Below, piece by piece: positions 11,952-24,664 of a stretch of DNA of 64,000 bases (the first letter of the stretch is position 1; every line of letters starts with the position of its first letter). The position numbers were made by a program, and so were the translations under genes. Origin of the DNA: Rhizaria sp. SCN 62-66. Its lineage: Eukaryota. A model generated the notes under the pieces. That model was not told where the DNA came from. It made no database searches and worked only from the letters and a program-made list of their open reading frames with translations. The stretch covers positions 1 to 64,000 of the forward strand of contig MEDY01000074.1 in NCBI GenBank assembly GCA_001724265.1, read 5' to 3'.

Positions 11952-12937
11952 CTTAAACAGCTGCGTTGTTTTCTATGCGTTTTGTTTGTCACTGGCAGCG
12001 CAGCAAGCGAGCCGTTGGCTATGGGGTGTTCAGTCGGGTAAAGGTAGGATTGGGTCGAGAATGTTATGGAGGTGTGTTTACAATATCACACCGTTGTATA
12101 GAAAAATACGCAGCGAAAATGATAATTTAAGAAATAATCAAGTGTGTTTAATGCATTAATTTCCCGATGCATCATAGTTTCATGCCATACAAACTCTGTT
12201 CTTTAGGCGGATCTTGGAACCTAGAGGCTGGACTCGGATCTAGCCGTTGCTTTCGGGTCTTGACTAAGTTGCCCGTGTTCATTGATTAACGCGTTCCATA
12301 TGCGCAAGCAAATTAAATAAACGTTGTATGCAATATAAGATCTTTGTGCTATAGTCTTAACATCGTTTTACGAAGATATTCAAGCTGCTGAGTTTGCTGA
12401 GTGGCGTAGTAAAGTGCTTCATCATGGCACCTCGCACTTGCCCACACACAGCGGCTCTAGATGATGCCGGAATGCAACAGTACACATAGAGGTTGCAAAA
12501 AAACATGTTGATATACTGTCAATATGTTGAGTTGTCTCTGAACAATCAATTCTCGAATTTGTGCTCGTGAGCTTGAGTGGCGAATAGTGATGATGCTGCT
12601 GATGAGCAGTCGTACCTTTCAGGATATCTCATGAGTAACTTCAGATTTTAAGTAACATACTTTTTATAAATCATGAACATCGTACAATCTATAAGGCGCA
12701 CACATTAATATTGAATTTCACAACTTCTTCAAGTCAATATTGCCGGATTCAGACCTTGTTGTCAAGTGACTGTGGGCGAGCGCCTGACCAACCGCGTGCT
12801 GGCCCCGCTCAAGAAGGAGTTCTTGTAGTGCTGACTGCGCTCTTAAGTGATCGTCAAGTCGGACTTAGCAACGTAATTTAGACATGTCGTTTGCATCTAA
12901 GTTTGCCTTGAAAATTATTGCTGGTGCAGGTGTCGCT

Positions 12938-14709
12938 ATGTCTGTGGCCGCGCTGCTTCATTCACGCAAATCCCCCAGTACCGAAAGCGATTCCTCGGCT
13001 CGCCCTTCGATCTGGACACGTCTTGCTACTCCTCCATAGGAGCTTCCGGTAGCGGTTCCCCAGACATGGCGTGACCGCATCAACACTGCTGCGTTTGCAT
13101 GGGTACGTACGACACGTGTCTCTTAAAAAAATATCTCTACATTTATCTCTCAGCCAGCCTTTCTTCCTCAAGCCCTCTTGTCGTCTCCATTCCCCCGCTT
13201 TTGTTCTCACACACAGGCTTCATCGTTTGTGGCACACGCCCGCCGCCCGTCAAACCTGCCCCCGCCGCCTGTTGCCCCGCCGCAACCTGCCCCTGAGCCG
13301 AAACTGCTGCAGCCGGCCGAGCTTCTCTGCTTCCCGTCCTCGCCCTACACCACAACACTCACGCCCCTCACGTCAGGCAGCTCGGCCCCCACATCCCAGG
13401 CCGCAGCGCTGCTGCCCGCGCTGCCGCTGCCGACGCTGACGACGACGCTGTCCGCGGGCGAGCAGGCGGTGCGTCTGGCGTCTATCGCGGCCTACGGGCT
13501 GCCGTCGGTGGAGAACGTTGTCGTGCGCAACGGATACATTGCGTCGGCTAACTTCCGCACAAAGGGGCCCAACTGGGTCCTGGAGGACTACAGCGGCAGG
13601 CAGTTTGCTGAGAAGCGCTCTAATGGGCCGTGGGGCCGCAAACAGGTCGAGGAGCGCGACAGCTCGTGGCAGGATGCCGCTGATAACGACGTTTATGGTA
13701 AGCAAACAATTTTCTGAAAGTGCATTTATATACATGGTGATGGTATTTTCTTTGTTTTCTTTTGATTAATACGTGTCTATTGCGATTTAACACTGCATAC
13801 TTTCTTTTAAAGAATATATTTGTTGAATCTTGTGAGTAACTTACAACCATAGCATCCTAACATTTGACTCGTGTTTGTTCGTTTGCAGTGCCCGGCGCGA
13901 AGGTTGACCGCAAGACGATGACATTCCGCGGTGACGCCGCGGTGCCGCCCCCATTCCGCTCTCTGCCGTCCGACTACACGCGCTCCGGCTACGCCCGCGG
14001 CCATCTCGCGCCCGCTGCGTCGCACAGCTACAACGAACTGGACACGTTCGAAACATTCCTGCTGTCGACCAACGTCGTGCCACAGAACAGCGCGATGAAC
14101 AGCGGCGACTGGCTCAAGCTGGAGCGTCTCTCACGCACGCTGTGCCAGCATTTTGCGCAGGTACGCACGGTCACCGGTCCGCTGTATCTGCCGCGCGTGG
14201 ACCCCGCGACTGGCAAGGCGATGATTTGCTACGAGGTCGTCGGCAAGAACGCAGTCGCAGTTCCCACTCACTTGTTCAAGGTGATCTACGTCGAGGACCC
14301 CATGTCGCCTGAAGCGCAGCGCGCGCTGTCGAACGTGCTCTCGCCTGGCATTTTGAGACACATGAACAAGGTCGCCGTCCCCGCCGCAGCGCATGGCGCG
14401 ACGCAGCTCGCGGCCGGTGGCGGTGCGCGCGCGTTGCTGCCTGCACCGACCTCGCCCGTGGCGTCGATGGGCACCGCACTGGTGCCCGCGGCGGGAACGT
14501 CGATCTCAGGCGCTATCAGCAAGGGAGGCGCGGTGGGGACGCGGCAGGTGTACATTGCTGCCTTCGTCATGCCCAATACGGACCAGGGCGTTGACAAGGG
14601 ACTTGCTTCGTACATGGTCCCGCTTGGGGAGCTCGAGAAGTCATCAGGACTCTGTCTGACGCCGCGCACGCTTGCTTCTTCAGTCACTATGACCACAGTC
14701 GAGCAGTGA
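12938..14709 (+). CDS. ENDOG: Endonuclease G / Nuc1-family DNA/RNA non-specific endonuclease; exons 12938-13102, 13154-13697, 13889-14709
   Basis: Family motifs PNWVLE, DYTRSGYARGHLAPAA, TFLLSTNVVPQ...MNSGDWLKLE, TGPLYLP, VAVPTHLFKV, AFVMPN. Introns 13103-13153 (GTACGT..CAG) and 13698-13888 (GTAAGC..CAG) restore the frame. Exon 1 contains in-frame TAG 13037-13039 and is less certain than exons 2-3. Confidence 0.85.
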
Positions 14710-14944
14710 GGAACGCTCTTTGACTGACACAAGCGGTCTGGTGACGGCCAACTTCTTCAGTGCATAGGGGCCTGTGACCTTAACATTCTTAATTAATTCT
14801 TGATTTATAGGACTAGCAAATCTATTTATTATAATAATACATCGTTATTTTTCCACTAGCTAGATCCTTCAAGTCAGGACAGTCGCGAATATGCAATTTT
14901 TTTTCGAGTCACAGACTGGCTGACGGCGCTCGGTCTGGGCATGC

Positions 14945-14986
14945 GACCGTGAGCAGGCGCAAGAAGTTTAGCCGCGAGCCGGTCTG
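14945..14986 (+). promoter_or_regulatory. Candidate bipartite upstream element GACCGTGAGCAG-N19-GAGCCGGTCTG upstream of RPL36
   Basis: Both words recur exactly and in the same order at 40628-40656. Confidence 0.4.
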
Positions 14987-15383
14987 GTGCGCGACTGGGC
15001 AGACAGAAAATCGACCCACAGTATCTCAAGACGATCGCTTTTAGCGTTGTAGTTTTTGTGCAACTATTTTTATGAACGTATATCGTTAGTGCAGCTATTG
15101 GTGTTTCTAGACTGCGGATCCTTCGCTCTAGATGACCTCGGTCAGGGGTCTGGCCCACACTTTCCTGTGGCCGACTTTGCCTATCGACAACGACCCCTCG
15201 CACCCTCGGCCCTGACGTTGTATTGTCCCACAGACAGTCTTCGCAGAAACTACCCATAGTACTACCCCGTGTCTGCTTATTAGATTCTCTCCCGCGTTGA
15301 TCTTCGCTCACCAAGCCCACATTCTTTGCTCCGCCCTCGACTACCTCTCTCGACCGACCCCTCTTTTCCTTCCCGTGCAGAGC

Positions 15384-15707
15384 ATGACCAAGGCTGAGGC
15401 TCTCAAGGCCCCTACCGGCATCTCCCGTGGCCTGAACAAGGGCTTCGTGGTTTCCAAGATCGCCGCCAAGAAGACCCCCGTCTCCCAGAAGGGCCGCAAG
15501 ACCCGCTACAACACCATTGTCCGCTCTGTTGTTCGCGACACCGTTGGCTTCACCACCTACGAGCGCCGCATCATGGAGATGCTTAAGGGTGGCGGCTCCA
15601 ACCCCCAGAAGCGTGCTTACAAGTACGCCAAGCAGCGCCTCGGTGCTCACCTCCGCGCCAAGCGTAAGGTCGCCGAGATGGACGGCGTCCTCGCCCGTGC
15701 CAAGTAA
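15384..15707 (+). CDS. RPL36: 60S ribosomal protein L36 (eL36)
   Basis: GLNKGF, VRDTVGFTTYERRIMEMLK, KRAYKYAKQRLGAHLRAKRK match eL36. Strong C-ending codon bias. ATG 15384 follows a pyrimidine tract and CAG (probable 5'-UTR intron). Ends at TAA. Confidence 0.97.
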   Translation: MTKAEALKAPTGISRGLNKGFVVSKIAAKKTPVSQKGRKTRYNTIVRSVVRDTVGFTTYERRIMEMLKGGGSNPQKRAYKYAKQRLGAHLRAKRKVAEMDGVLARAK

Positions 15708-16298
15708 GTGGTTTGCCCCACCTACCTCCGCACTGGTGCGCTGTGGCGTGCGTGACATTTAACGCAGCAGCATTAGCTGCTGTGGTCGCGTCGCCGCAGT
15801 GCTATCGTGAGTTCACCACCATCTTTTCCGATGCTCTCTGTGTGCCTATTTCAGCTGCAAAAGTATCAAAAATACACAAATCATGCTCTATACCCCTCGC
15901 ACATACCCTCGATCCACGCTGGTCAATGCAATGCCAACCTTGTCATGTCTCTGTCATCCGTCGATATAAGTTGAATTACACACGAGGAATGTATTCATGT
16001 TTGCTAGTAGCATCTACATTGTCATTGTTGACACCATTAAACACGATATGCGCACGCGCGCTCTCTTAGAGCGTAACGCATCACAGTGAAGTTAGGATCG
16101 ATTGTTGCTGTACAGACAAGGACATGTACATCGGTAAGAATATCTTTACAAGACGCTGTTTCGATGACAGAGTCTCTCTTTTGAAAGGAATATAGTGATA
16201 TACACTTAAAAATCGCGGATAAAATAATCAATGTTAAAAGAAAACGACATCAAATTCAATCTAAGCTTATCATGAGAAGCACGGCCAGCGGTCAGAAG

Positions 16299-19200
16299 TT
16301 ACGCGCCGACAAGGACGTCCGAGAGGCCTGTGGGAAGGAAGACAACAATAAGCGCATATCCGATGGTGATAATAAGCAGGTATGAGAGCAGCGTGAGCGG
16401 CACACCGTGCTTGATGATGAGCTGCGGCGTCAAATACGGGCTGCCGTTTTCGGCGCGCACGGTGAGAGCGTTGAGGTTGGGGAACGAGGAGAACGGCAGC
16501 GCCATGGCGCCGGAGATGGCGAGCGCGCAGGACAGCGTGAGCAGCACCGGGATCTCGAGCTTGAGGCCGATCTGCACGAGCAGCGGCATGAGGATGATGG
16601 CGCCGACCGTGTGGGAGATGCACGACGTCACCACGAGAATCACGAGCACGACCTGCGCGTACATCAGGAACGGCGGGCCCGCGAGCACGTCGAGAATGCC
16701 ACGCGCGAGGATCTCAAGCAGATGCGAAGACTTGATGACGTCACCGAGAATCGCGCCGCCGCCGATGAGCACGAGCAAGTGCCAGTTAAACGAGTTGAAG
16801 TCGACGGCAGTGAGGATATTGCACGAGAACATGGTAACGAGGTAAATCAGCGACAGCACGGGCATGCCGCCAATCGCGCGCGACACCAGCGGCATAAACG
16901 CGAGTCCCGCAACCGAGAGCACGGTGGACGCAAGCACGATGTAGTGCAGCGTCGACAGAGGCTGCTTGTCGTAGATGACGACGGGAATCTCGTCGACGTC
17001 GTCGGGGCGCTCCACACGTAACAGATACAGCCAGCAGAGCACGGTGCAAACGAGCGAGAAAGGCACGGCGACAACCATCCAGGAGCCGAACGAGACTTCA
17101 ATGCCGACAGCAGCGAGCGCGGACACGGCGAGCACGTTGTGCAGCGAAGCGATGGGCGTCACCATGCCGCCGAAATTGCAGCCGAACGTCAGTCCCAGCA
17201 TCAGCGCGCGGTTGAAGCGTGAGTCCTTGCCGAAGTCTTGCATGATGGGCGCAAGGAACGACACGCAGAGGATCGGTGCAGTGTGATTGTTGAGCCACAT
17301 CGACAAGAACAGACCGAGGAGCATGACACCAAGGATGAAATGCGACGGGTTATGACCCAGACGCGTTTGGAAGTACTCAGCGATGCGCAACTCGAACTGT
17401 GCCTTGCAGAACGCAGCCGAGACGGCGAAACCGAACAGAATGAGCCATGTTGTGTGGTTGAACATATGGCCAGCGACGTAGTGCGAGGCCTCCTTGAGCG
17501 GCAAGATCTCGCCGGAAACGGGATCCACGGCCAGGCGCAGCAGCACGACGAGCACGGGGATGAGCATACCCGTGCAAAAGTACGGGATAGCCTCGGTCAC
17601 CCACATCGAGATTGCAAACACGAGTAGCGCGAGGCACCTAGAGAGCGAAGAGAAAGCAAGACAAATAGTGCGTGTAAGTTAGGAGAACGAATATGAAGAG
17701 ATGAAAGAGAAGGACACTGAATGAAAGAGTTTTAGTTGAGATCGATTTTGACGCACTTGTGAGCCTGCTCGGAGATGAGCCCCGGAGCAACGCGCTTGGG
17801 CGCCTCACTGCGCTTCTTGCTTGTCTTGGGCAGAGGTGCAGTGGTCGCAGTCAAAGTGCCGTTGGGCGCCGCAACAGCGACCATGCCAGCAGGGAACGTT
17901 GTCGCCGTCGTCACATTGCCACTGCCCTTGCCCTTGCCCTTGCCGGCGCCAGAGTCAGCGACCGCGGCGACGGCGTTGTGTGCGGGCGTGACGACAGCCT
18001 TGCCGCCTGCCGCGGCCACAAGCGCGTCGAACGCCTCAGCATCAGCCGCGTCAATGTGCACCGCTGCAGAGCCGTCGACAGCGCCCGAATTCGCCGCATC
18101 AACGCTGTTCTCGCCCTCGTTGTCGTCGTCGTTGTCGCGGTCAGCGGCCTCGAGCAGCGCCTTGGTCGCTGGCGCACCAACCGCGGACCGCTGTTGCGCC
18201 TGCAGCGACGGCATCACAGCGACGACGTCGTCCTTGGCGCTGTGCGGCAACACGAGCGGGAGCCAGAGCACCGCGAAGAACAGCGCGACCGACACCAGCA
18301 CCGGCACAGGCTTGATTGTGCGGAACAGACCGGCCTTGGCGCCGTGTGCGCCGCCCGCGCCTGCGCCGTCCGCGTCAAGCCGCTTGGTCATGACGTGGTT
18401 TTCGATCGCAAAAAGCTTGTCGCGCGCCACGAGCTGGAAGATGTGCGCCGTGATCGCGCGCAAATCATCCTGCATTGCCAGCGGTGATCGGCGTAAATCG
18501 CGCGTCAGCGCCGCCGTCAGCGCGGCGCACACGGCGACCTTGCCGCCAGCGGCCGTCTGCACCTTGGGGGCGTACTTCTCGGCCTTTTTGACGATCTTGC
18601 GCAGCGCCTGCAGATTGAGCTGGCAGAAGAGCCGCAGTTCGCACACGGTCTCGTACATCGCCAGCAGCGCACCGTAGCGCGCCTCGTCCGGCACGTAGTG
18701 CTTGCCGAGTGCGTTGCCACCCCCAGCTCCGGTTGCGCCGTCGCCGTCGTTGCCTCCGTCGCCGTCACCATCCGCGCTGCCACTGCCGCTGCCGTAGCCG
18801 CTGCTGCCGTAGCCGCCGCCGCTGCCATCGCCGCCTGCGCCGTCGAGGTTATTCGCGCCGCCCTCAGTATCCTGTGCCGCAAACCACAGCGGCCGGCGGC
18901 CGTGAGCGTCGTGGGAGGTGGATCCCACACGCTCCATGCCCACGGTCAGTGCGGCTACAGTGCCGCGGTAGAGCCGCACCGCCGTCTCTAGGTCTAGCCG
19001 CACCTGGCGCCAGAACTCCTCGACCAGGGCTTCGTACTGCGCCACGTGCGGGTTCGCGCGCGCCGCCGCGAGGGCGTCGACGGGCTTGACCTCGGCGGCC
19101 GCGATCACGGCCAGCGGCTGCGGCGCGGCAAGCGCGGCCGCGAGCGCGGGCGTCGGGCACCGCAGCAGCGCCGGCGGAGCGGCACCGGCGGCAGACGCTG

Positions 19201-21205
19201 TCACCGCAGACTGGGAGGTGCCGGTGTACGCGGTGTGCGCGGCGGTGGATTGGGTAGACTCGGCCGCGGCGGCCGCGGCGTCAAGCGCGGCAGCGTGTGT
19301 GCCGGAATGCGGGCCAGAGCGCGAAGTCGTGACCGCAACAGGCGCCACAATCGCAGTGGCCGCAGCGGTCGTGCCGGCAGCGGGCGTGTGCGAGCGTGAC
19401 GGCAGCGCGCCGGGCGCGCCGGGCGCGGCCAGCGCCGGAACAGCCGTCTGAGTGGAAGAGGGCGCGGGGGCGGACGCGGCGAGAGCGGGGGCTGCAGAGG
19501 GCGCGGGTGACGGCGACAACGCGGCCAGCAGCCCCTCCACAGCCGACACAGCCGTCGCGGCCACCGAGGACGTCGCCGAAGGCGCCGCCGCAGCGGGCGC
19601 GGCCGACGGCACTGAGAGCTTGCTCTTGTCGCCCGCGGCGGCGATTCGCAGCAGCAGCGCGGGGTCTGTGCTGACGGGAGACTGGAAGAGGTCCGCGGCA
19701 GTCAGCACAGCGCCCGGCGCGGGGACAGGTGCCGTCGCGGTGATCGGGTGGTGCAGAGGGTCTGCCAGCGCGGCCAGCGAGGGCGTAGACTGCACACGCA
19801 GGGACAGACCGCGCACGGGCGCGCTGGCGCCGCTGCCGCTGCCATTCCCACCGCCAGTGAGGGACGACTGCGCCGACAGAGCACCGGGCGCATTGAGAGA
19901 GACGTCAGAGTGCGTGTGTGTGTGACCGCCGGTCTTGGTGACGACAGGAAAGGCGGACGCCACGGTCACGCCGCCGACGCTGGCGGTGACGGCCTTGGCG
20001 GCGCTGTCGTCGTCGAGGTCGTCGTCGTCGTCATCGTCGTCGTCGTCGTCGTCGTTGTTGTCTTTGGGCGTGGCTGCCGGAGGCATTGCGAGCAGCGCGC
20101 TCTGCTGGCCCTGCAGCTGCAGACGCTGCTGCTGCTTGCGGAGCGCCTTTTCGGCCTTCTTGAGCTGTTTGCGCTCCTTCTTGCCCAGCTGCGCACCCTT
20201 ATCCTTGCCCTTGCCCTTGGTATCTTCCTTGGCATTCTTCCCCTTCAACGAATCAGCAGCGCCAGCGGCGGCGATGCGGCCAAGCGCGCCGTAGCCGCTC
20301 TCGTAGTCCTCACCATCGTCGTCATCGTCGTCGTTGTCGGCGTTGCTGTCCCCGGCGGGACTGGGCGCGTCGAACGTGCTCGCCAGCAGCCGCGGTGCAC
20401 CGCGAACCTTGGTTCCACCGGCCGGCGGCGGCAGCGGGGGCAGACCCGAGCTGTTCCCAGTGCCATCGGCAGCGGCGGCGGCGGCAGAGGGACCGCGCTT
20501 GCGCTGGAACTTGCGGTACCGTACGCCTGAGAAGGTCATGTTAATCGCGTCGAAGGGATCCGCGCCCGCGCCGCCGCCGCCGCCAACCGCGGCCGCGGCA
20601 GATGAGGCTGCAAGCGCCATGGCCGCCGCGGAGGCCGGCAGGGGGGCGGGGGATTCGGGCCCCAGCGGCGAGGCGAGCACGGGCGTCAACAGCATGTCCG
20701 CGCCGCCGTCCTGCGAGGCGCGGCGCGTGTTCTGCTGCTGCTGTTCCTGCTTTTTGGCGGCCTGCTTGCGTAGCTTCTTGGCCTGCTTCTTGCTGAGGCC
20801 AGCGCGGTCGAGCGGCGAGGGCAGCGGCGAAGACGAGAGCAAGCCCGCGGCGCCGGGGCCCAAGCCGCGGCGCGCGAGCAGCGGGGCGGCCTCGTTGCCC
20901 GCCACCGCGGAGCCCGGGGTGCCGAGCGCGGAGGTGGGCGCGAGTGGGGAGTTGGTGCCGAAAGGGTCGTCTCCGTCGGACTCGCCCTCGCTGTCGTCGC
21001 CGGGGAGCTTCGGCGGGACAAGCTCGGCCGTGGAGTATTGCACGGGTGCGCCGCCCGGGGTGTAGCGCACGGGATACTGCCAGAGTTCGCCTTTGTGCCA
21101 GGTGAAGACCATCTTCTTGATTAGTGTGCGCAGGCGGCGGTAGTTGACGTAGGATTCCGCCCACGACGGGTTCGCCTGCGCGAGGAGCAGACGGCTGAAG
21201 CGCAT
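16299..21205 (-). CDS. SPX-domain SLC13/DASS-family low-affinity phosphate transporter (Pho87/Pho90/Pho91-like); exons 21205-17757 and 17637-16299
   Basis: SPX N-terminus MRFSRLL..PSWAESYVNYRRLRTLIK and SPX C-terminal helix LNLQALRKIVKKAEK. Permease motifs WVTEAIP, LSMWLNNHTAP, GCNFGGMVTPIAS, ISHTVGAIILMP, MALPFSSFPN. Intron 17756-17638 (GTGCGT..TAG) gives EQAHK|CLALLVF. Ends at TAA. Confidence 0.92.
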
Positions 21206-21807
21206 GCGGACTCAAAGGACTCACGCAAGGCTGCGGGCAGACGTGCTCGTGCGGCGGGGGGAAGAAGGGTTTGCTGTCAGGACGCGGGTTGAAGGAAATA
21301 TAAAGAAAAATGACGTGAGTGTCGACTTGACCCAAGGTTTACTGACAGGATTACGCAATAAATTGCATGTTCTAAGGATTTTTACGAGCGATTCCAAGTG
21401 CAACACAATTTAAATAGTTTCCAAGACGACTAACACCCGTAACCAATTCCATGTGCACATGAAAAACGAGATAGAAGTGAACGACCCATGCTGGGTTGCA
21501 GGTGCACTGGATCGATGATGCAATTTCTGTTTGTCAGTAGTTGGCATGCCAGGTTCCGTCACAACAAATGCTGTTAATACTGAATACTGATGAATCAAGT
21601 TCATTCATTACATTGAAATTAAAGCTTAAATGAAAATCGGGATGTCTCAGTTACACACTTGATCTTCCACAGATCCCAAGCTTGACTTCGATAGATTTCG
21701 GGGTGCTTTGCGACACCGACGTTTTGATCTCGTTCTTGACAATGTTAACTTTTGACTCGGCCAGACTCACATTTTCTTGTTTTATCTTGCGCGTTTTATC
21801 AGGATTT

Positions 21808-23322
21808 ATGTCAATTAGGCCTTCTGAGGGTCCAGAACCTGTCCCACCCGACCTTTCAAGCATTAGCGACCCGTTGCCGCCAACCGCCCCTCACGGCGCG
21901 TCAGCACCCGCACTCACTCCCACAGACACGAGGACAGTTCCAGCGGGTGCCGAGCCTGCGCACACACTGTCCCGCGCTGCGCGCCGGCGCCAGCGGCGTG
22001 AGAATCTCCGTCTGCGCGTCGAGACCATCGCTCTCGAGCGCGCGCTCCAGCAACATCACAACAGTATCAATAGCAACAACAGTAACAGCGACCGCGGACA
22101 TTGGGAGCAGCAACACGTTGGCGACCGTGACGACACGCAACAACGCCACTCTTTTGTTTCCGGCGGATATGATGCACATGCGCGCTTAGACGCACAGTAG
22201 ACCAACTCTCCAGTGTCAGGCCGAAATAGCATCAACACACAGATCAACAACACTACCGATTCAGAAGAGAGCGCACACGCACCGCCGGCACAACTTACGC
22301 AGCAGCCACAGCTGCACTCCACCGACCCCGGCGTGGGCAGCCCCCGCGACCCGCGCGATCCTCGAGCACGCCGGCTGACAACAACAGCAACAGCAACAGC
22401 AACAGCAACAACAACACCTACAACAACACCAGCAGCATCAACCCCGCATGTGCACAACTCTTCAGCACTATCTTCATTCGCTGCGCTGCCTGGCGCTGAA
22501 GGCATCCCCGGGTGGTCTGCGCTCCTGCCGCTGGCCGCTGCTGCAGTGGCACCGCCGGGCGCTGCCGTGCTACTGACTCCACATGCACTCTCGGCGGCTA
22601 CTATTGACCCGCAGTTCTCATTGCCAGGACTTGATGACGGCGTCCTCAGCTCCACAGCCGGGCTAGCGCCTCGCTTTGCTGCTGTTGCTGCTACCGGCTA
22701 TATTACCGGCGCTGTCACGGCTACTGAGATTGCGCACGGTGCTCGTGCCGGCGTCGCCATGAGTGAATCGATCGATAGTGCTGTTACGTTGCCAGGATTG
22801 GAGGATATTCCTGGCTTCGGGTTTGTGCCTGCAAGCCACGCTACAGCACCCGACAGTCGAGTCTCCACTGCGCATCCACTGGCCACTGCGGTGGGTGTTT
22901 CTGAGGCAGAAATTGCGACTGCGAGCGCGAGTGCCAATGCAGGCCGGGGCCGCAAGCGTACTGTCCCTTCCGACGACACTGACTCTGGCATCGCTGCTGT
23001 AAGCGAAAAGTCACGCAACAGCGCACAGCTTGACATTAACACAACGGGATATCACTCGCATGCGCCTCTGGCGGGCGCAGTGGGCGACGATCCGGCTGGG
23101 GAGCAGGGGACAAGCTGGAGCCACGCTGCTCTCGAACAGGATGCAGAAGAAGAAGAGGTTGACTTAGAGTCGTTCCTATTCCCTTCGCGGCTTGTGCGGC
23201 GCAATACGCGTCTTAACCGCAGCATTCCGCTGCCCGATGATGTCTCTGCGGTGCTGGCGGCCGAGGCTGCGGCCGAAGAGGCGCTTGCGGCAGCAATCAA
23301 GCGACGCAGGCGGGCTCGGTAA
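21808..23322 (+). CDS. Hypothetical low-complexity protein, about 504 aa, with basic NLS-like stretches, joined across in-frame TAG 22198-22200
   Basis: ORFs 21682-22200 and 22213-23322 are the same frame (..GCA CAG TAG ACC AAC TCT CCA GTG..). GC-rich coding composition is continuous. Basic stretches RRRQRR, GRKRT and KRRRRAR. Ends at TAA. Confidence 0.65.
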
Positions 23323-23902
23323 ACCATGCACCGACGCAAAAACGATGTTATATAGACAGTTGATGATACAATAGCTTCAAATACATTAGATTCATGATAT
23401 TTTTAAATGCAATACGTCGTTTCCTCTTTATTTGCTTTTAATACGAACGTTAATAATGCCAATACTCAACTGAAATAGGAATTAAATTTGTTTTCAAGTC
23501 GTCACGTAGTGTTCAGTTGCGTTTCAACGTTTTCTACACTCGCGGTTATCTTTAAGAGGAGGAATACTCAAATTATTTGCCTATATAAAGGCTATCGCAA
23601 CATTTGACTTGATCACTGGATTGGTTTGTCAGAGTTATGACGACATTTAGTGTGTTGTCACTTGATGCTTGTCACTTGAAGCGCGTTTGTGGCTGGGACT
23701 GCACAGAGATAGAGCGCGGCCAGCGCCAACTTAAACTTTAACACTTCTTACATTCCAGCGCTCGAAATATGACAAATCAACTTTGAGTGAATCGTACTAA
23801 GTCTCTCGTTTGTACGTCTATTTTTATAATTCTCACTGCTGCTGATTTGTGTGGTGAATTGCATCCCTCGCGTTTTGGTCCTCTGTACAGAACAAGCAAC
23901 CC

Positions 23903-24043
23903 ATGCCCACCCCCGCCTCCAAGTCCCAGAAGGCACCCCAGGCCTCCCACGCCAAGGCGCCGCAGCAGGCGCAGCCGCCTCAGCAGCAGCAGCGCAAGCA
24001 GCAGGCGCAGGCCTCCTCGCTTAAGTCTGCCCACGGCCAGCCT

Positions 24044-24077
<34 letters not shown>

Positions 24078-24223
24078 CCAAGGCTTCCCAGGCCAAGTCC
24101 GCAGCTCCCTCCCAGGAGTCCCACGCGCGTGCCGCGGGCGGCCGCTCCGCCGTCGAGCGTTCCCCGGCGTCCTCGCGTCTGCGCTCACCTGCTGGCAGCG
24201 CGATCCGCCGTCACCAGATGTAA
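23903..24223 (+). CDS. Small Gln/Ala/Ser-rich basic protein (106 aa)
   Basis: GC-rich island with the codon bias of a highly expressed gene (CAG, AAG, GCC, TCC), bounded by AT-rich flanks. An upstream CTCTGTACAG acceptor suggests an additional 5' exon. Ends at TAA. Confidence 0.6.
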
Positions 24224-24664
24224 AGCGTAAAATGTAAGAGACATTGTATATTTATAATGTAACGTTAGTTCATTTAATTTTGGTGTACTCGAAAGTCCAA
24301 AGTGTATTTTTGTGGTCAGTACCGACGTCGAACCGCTGTGGGTGTCGAAATCTCAAGATACACAGACAAGTCATAAAATAAAACGAGGATGCGCGTGCGC
24401 ATTATTGTTACTGGAAACTTGTCTTGATGCTCGTGGCTTTATACACTGTACATATAGAACTGATTACGTTCTTACTGAGGGCTCACATCAATTTATTAAA
24501 GAAATTTTTTATTGCAATATGTGTCACAAAGAGCCGCGTTCAAGCGCGCGAACATTTGCGACATATTGAGTGAATTTAACTAAGTATCTGGTGCGCTGCT
24601 CGAGTGACAGCGTTGTACAAGGTTTGACACAGTGACAGTAGTTGCGCAGTATGTACGGGCTCAC

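Noticed and set aside
12360-12850. Short GC-rich coding-like patches (e.g. GERLTNRVLAPLKKEFL-TAG-TGC-TGA)
   Set aside because: No consistent exon chain or start could be built; may be a gene relic.
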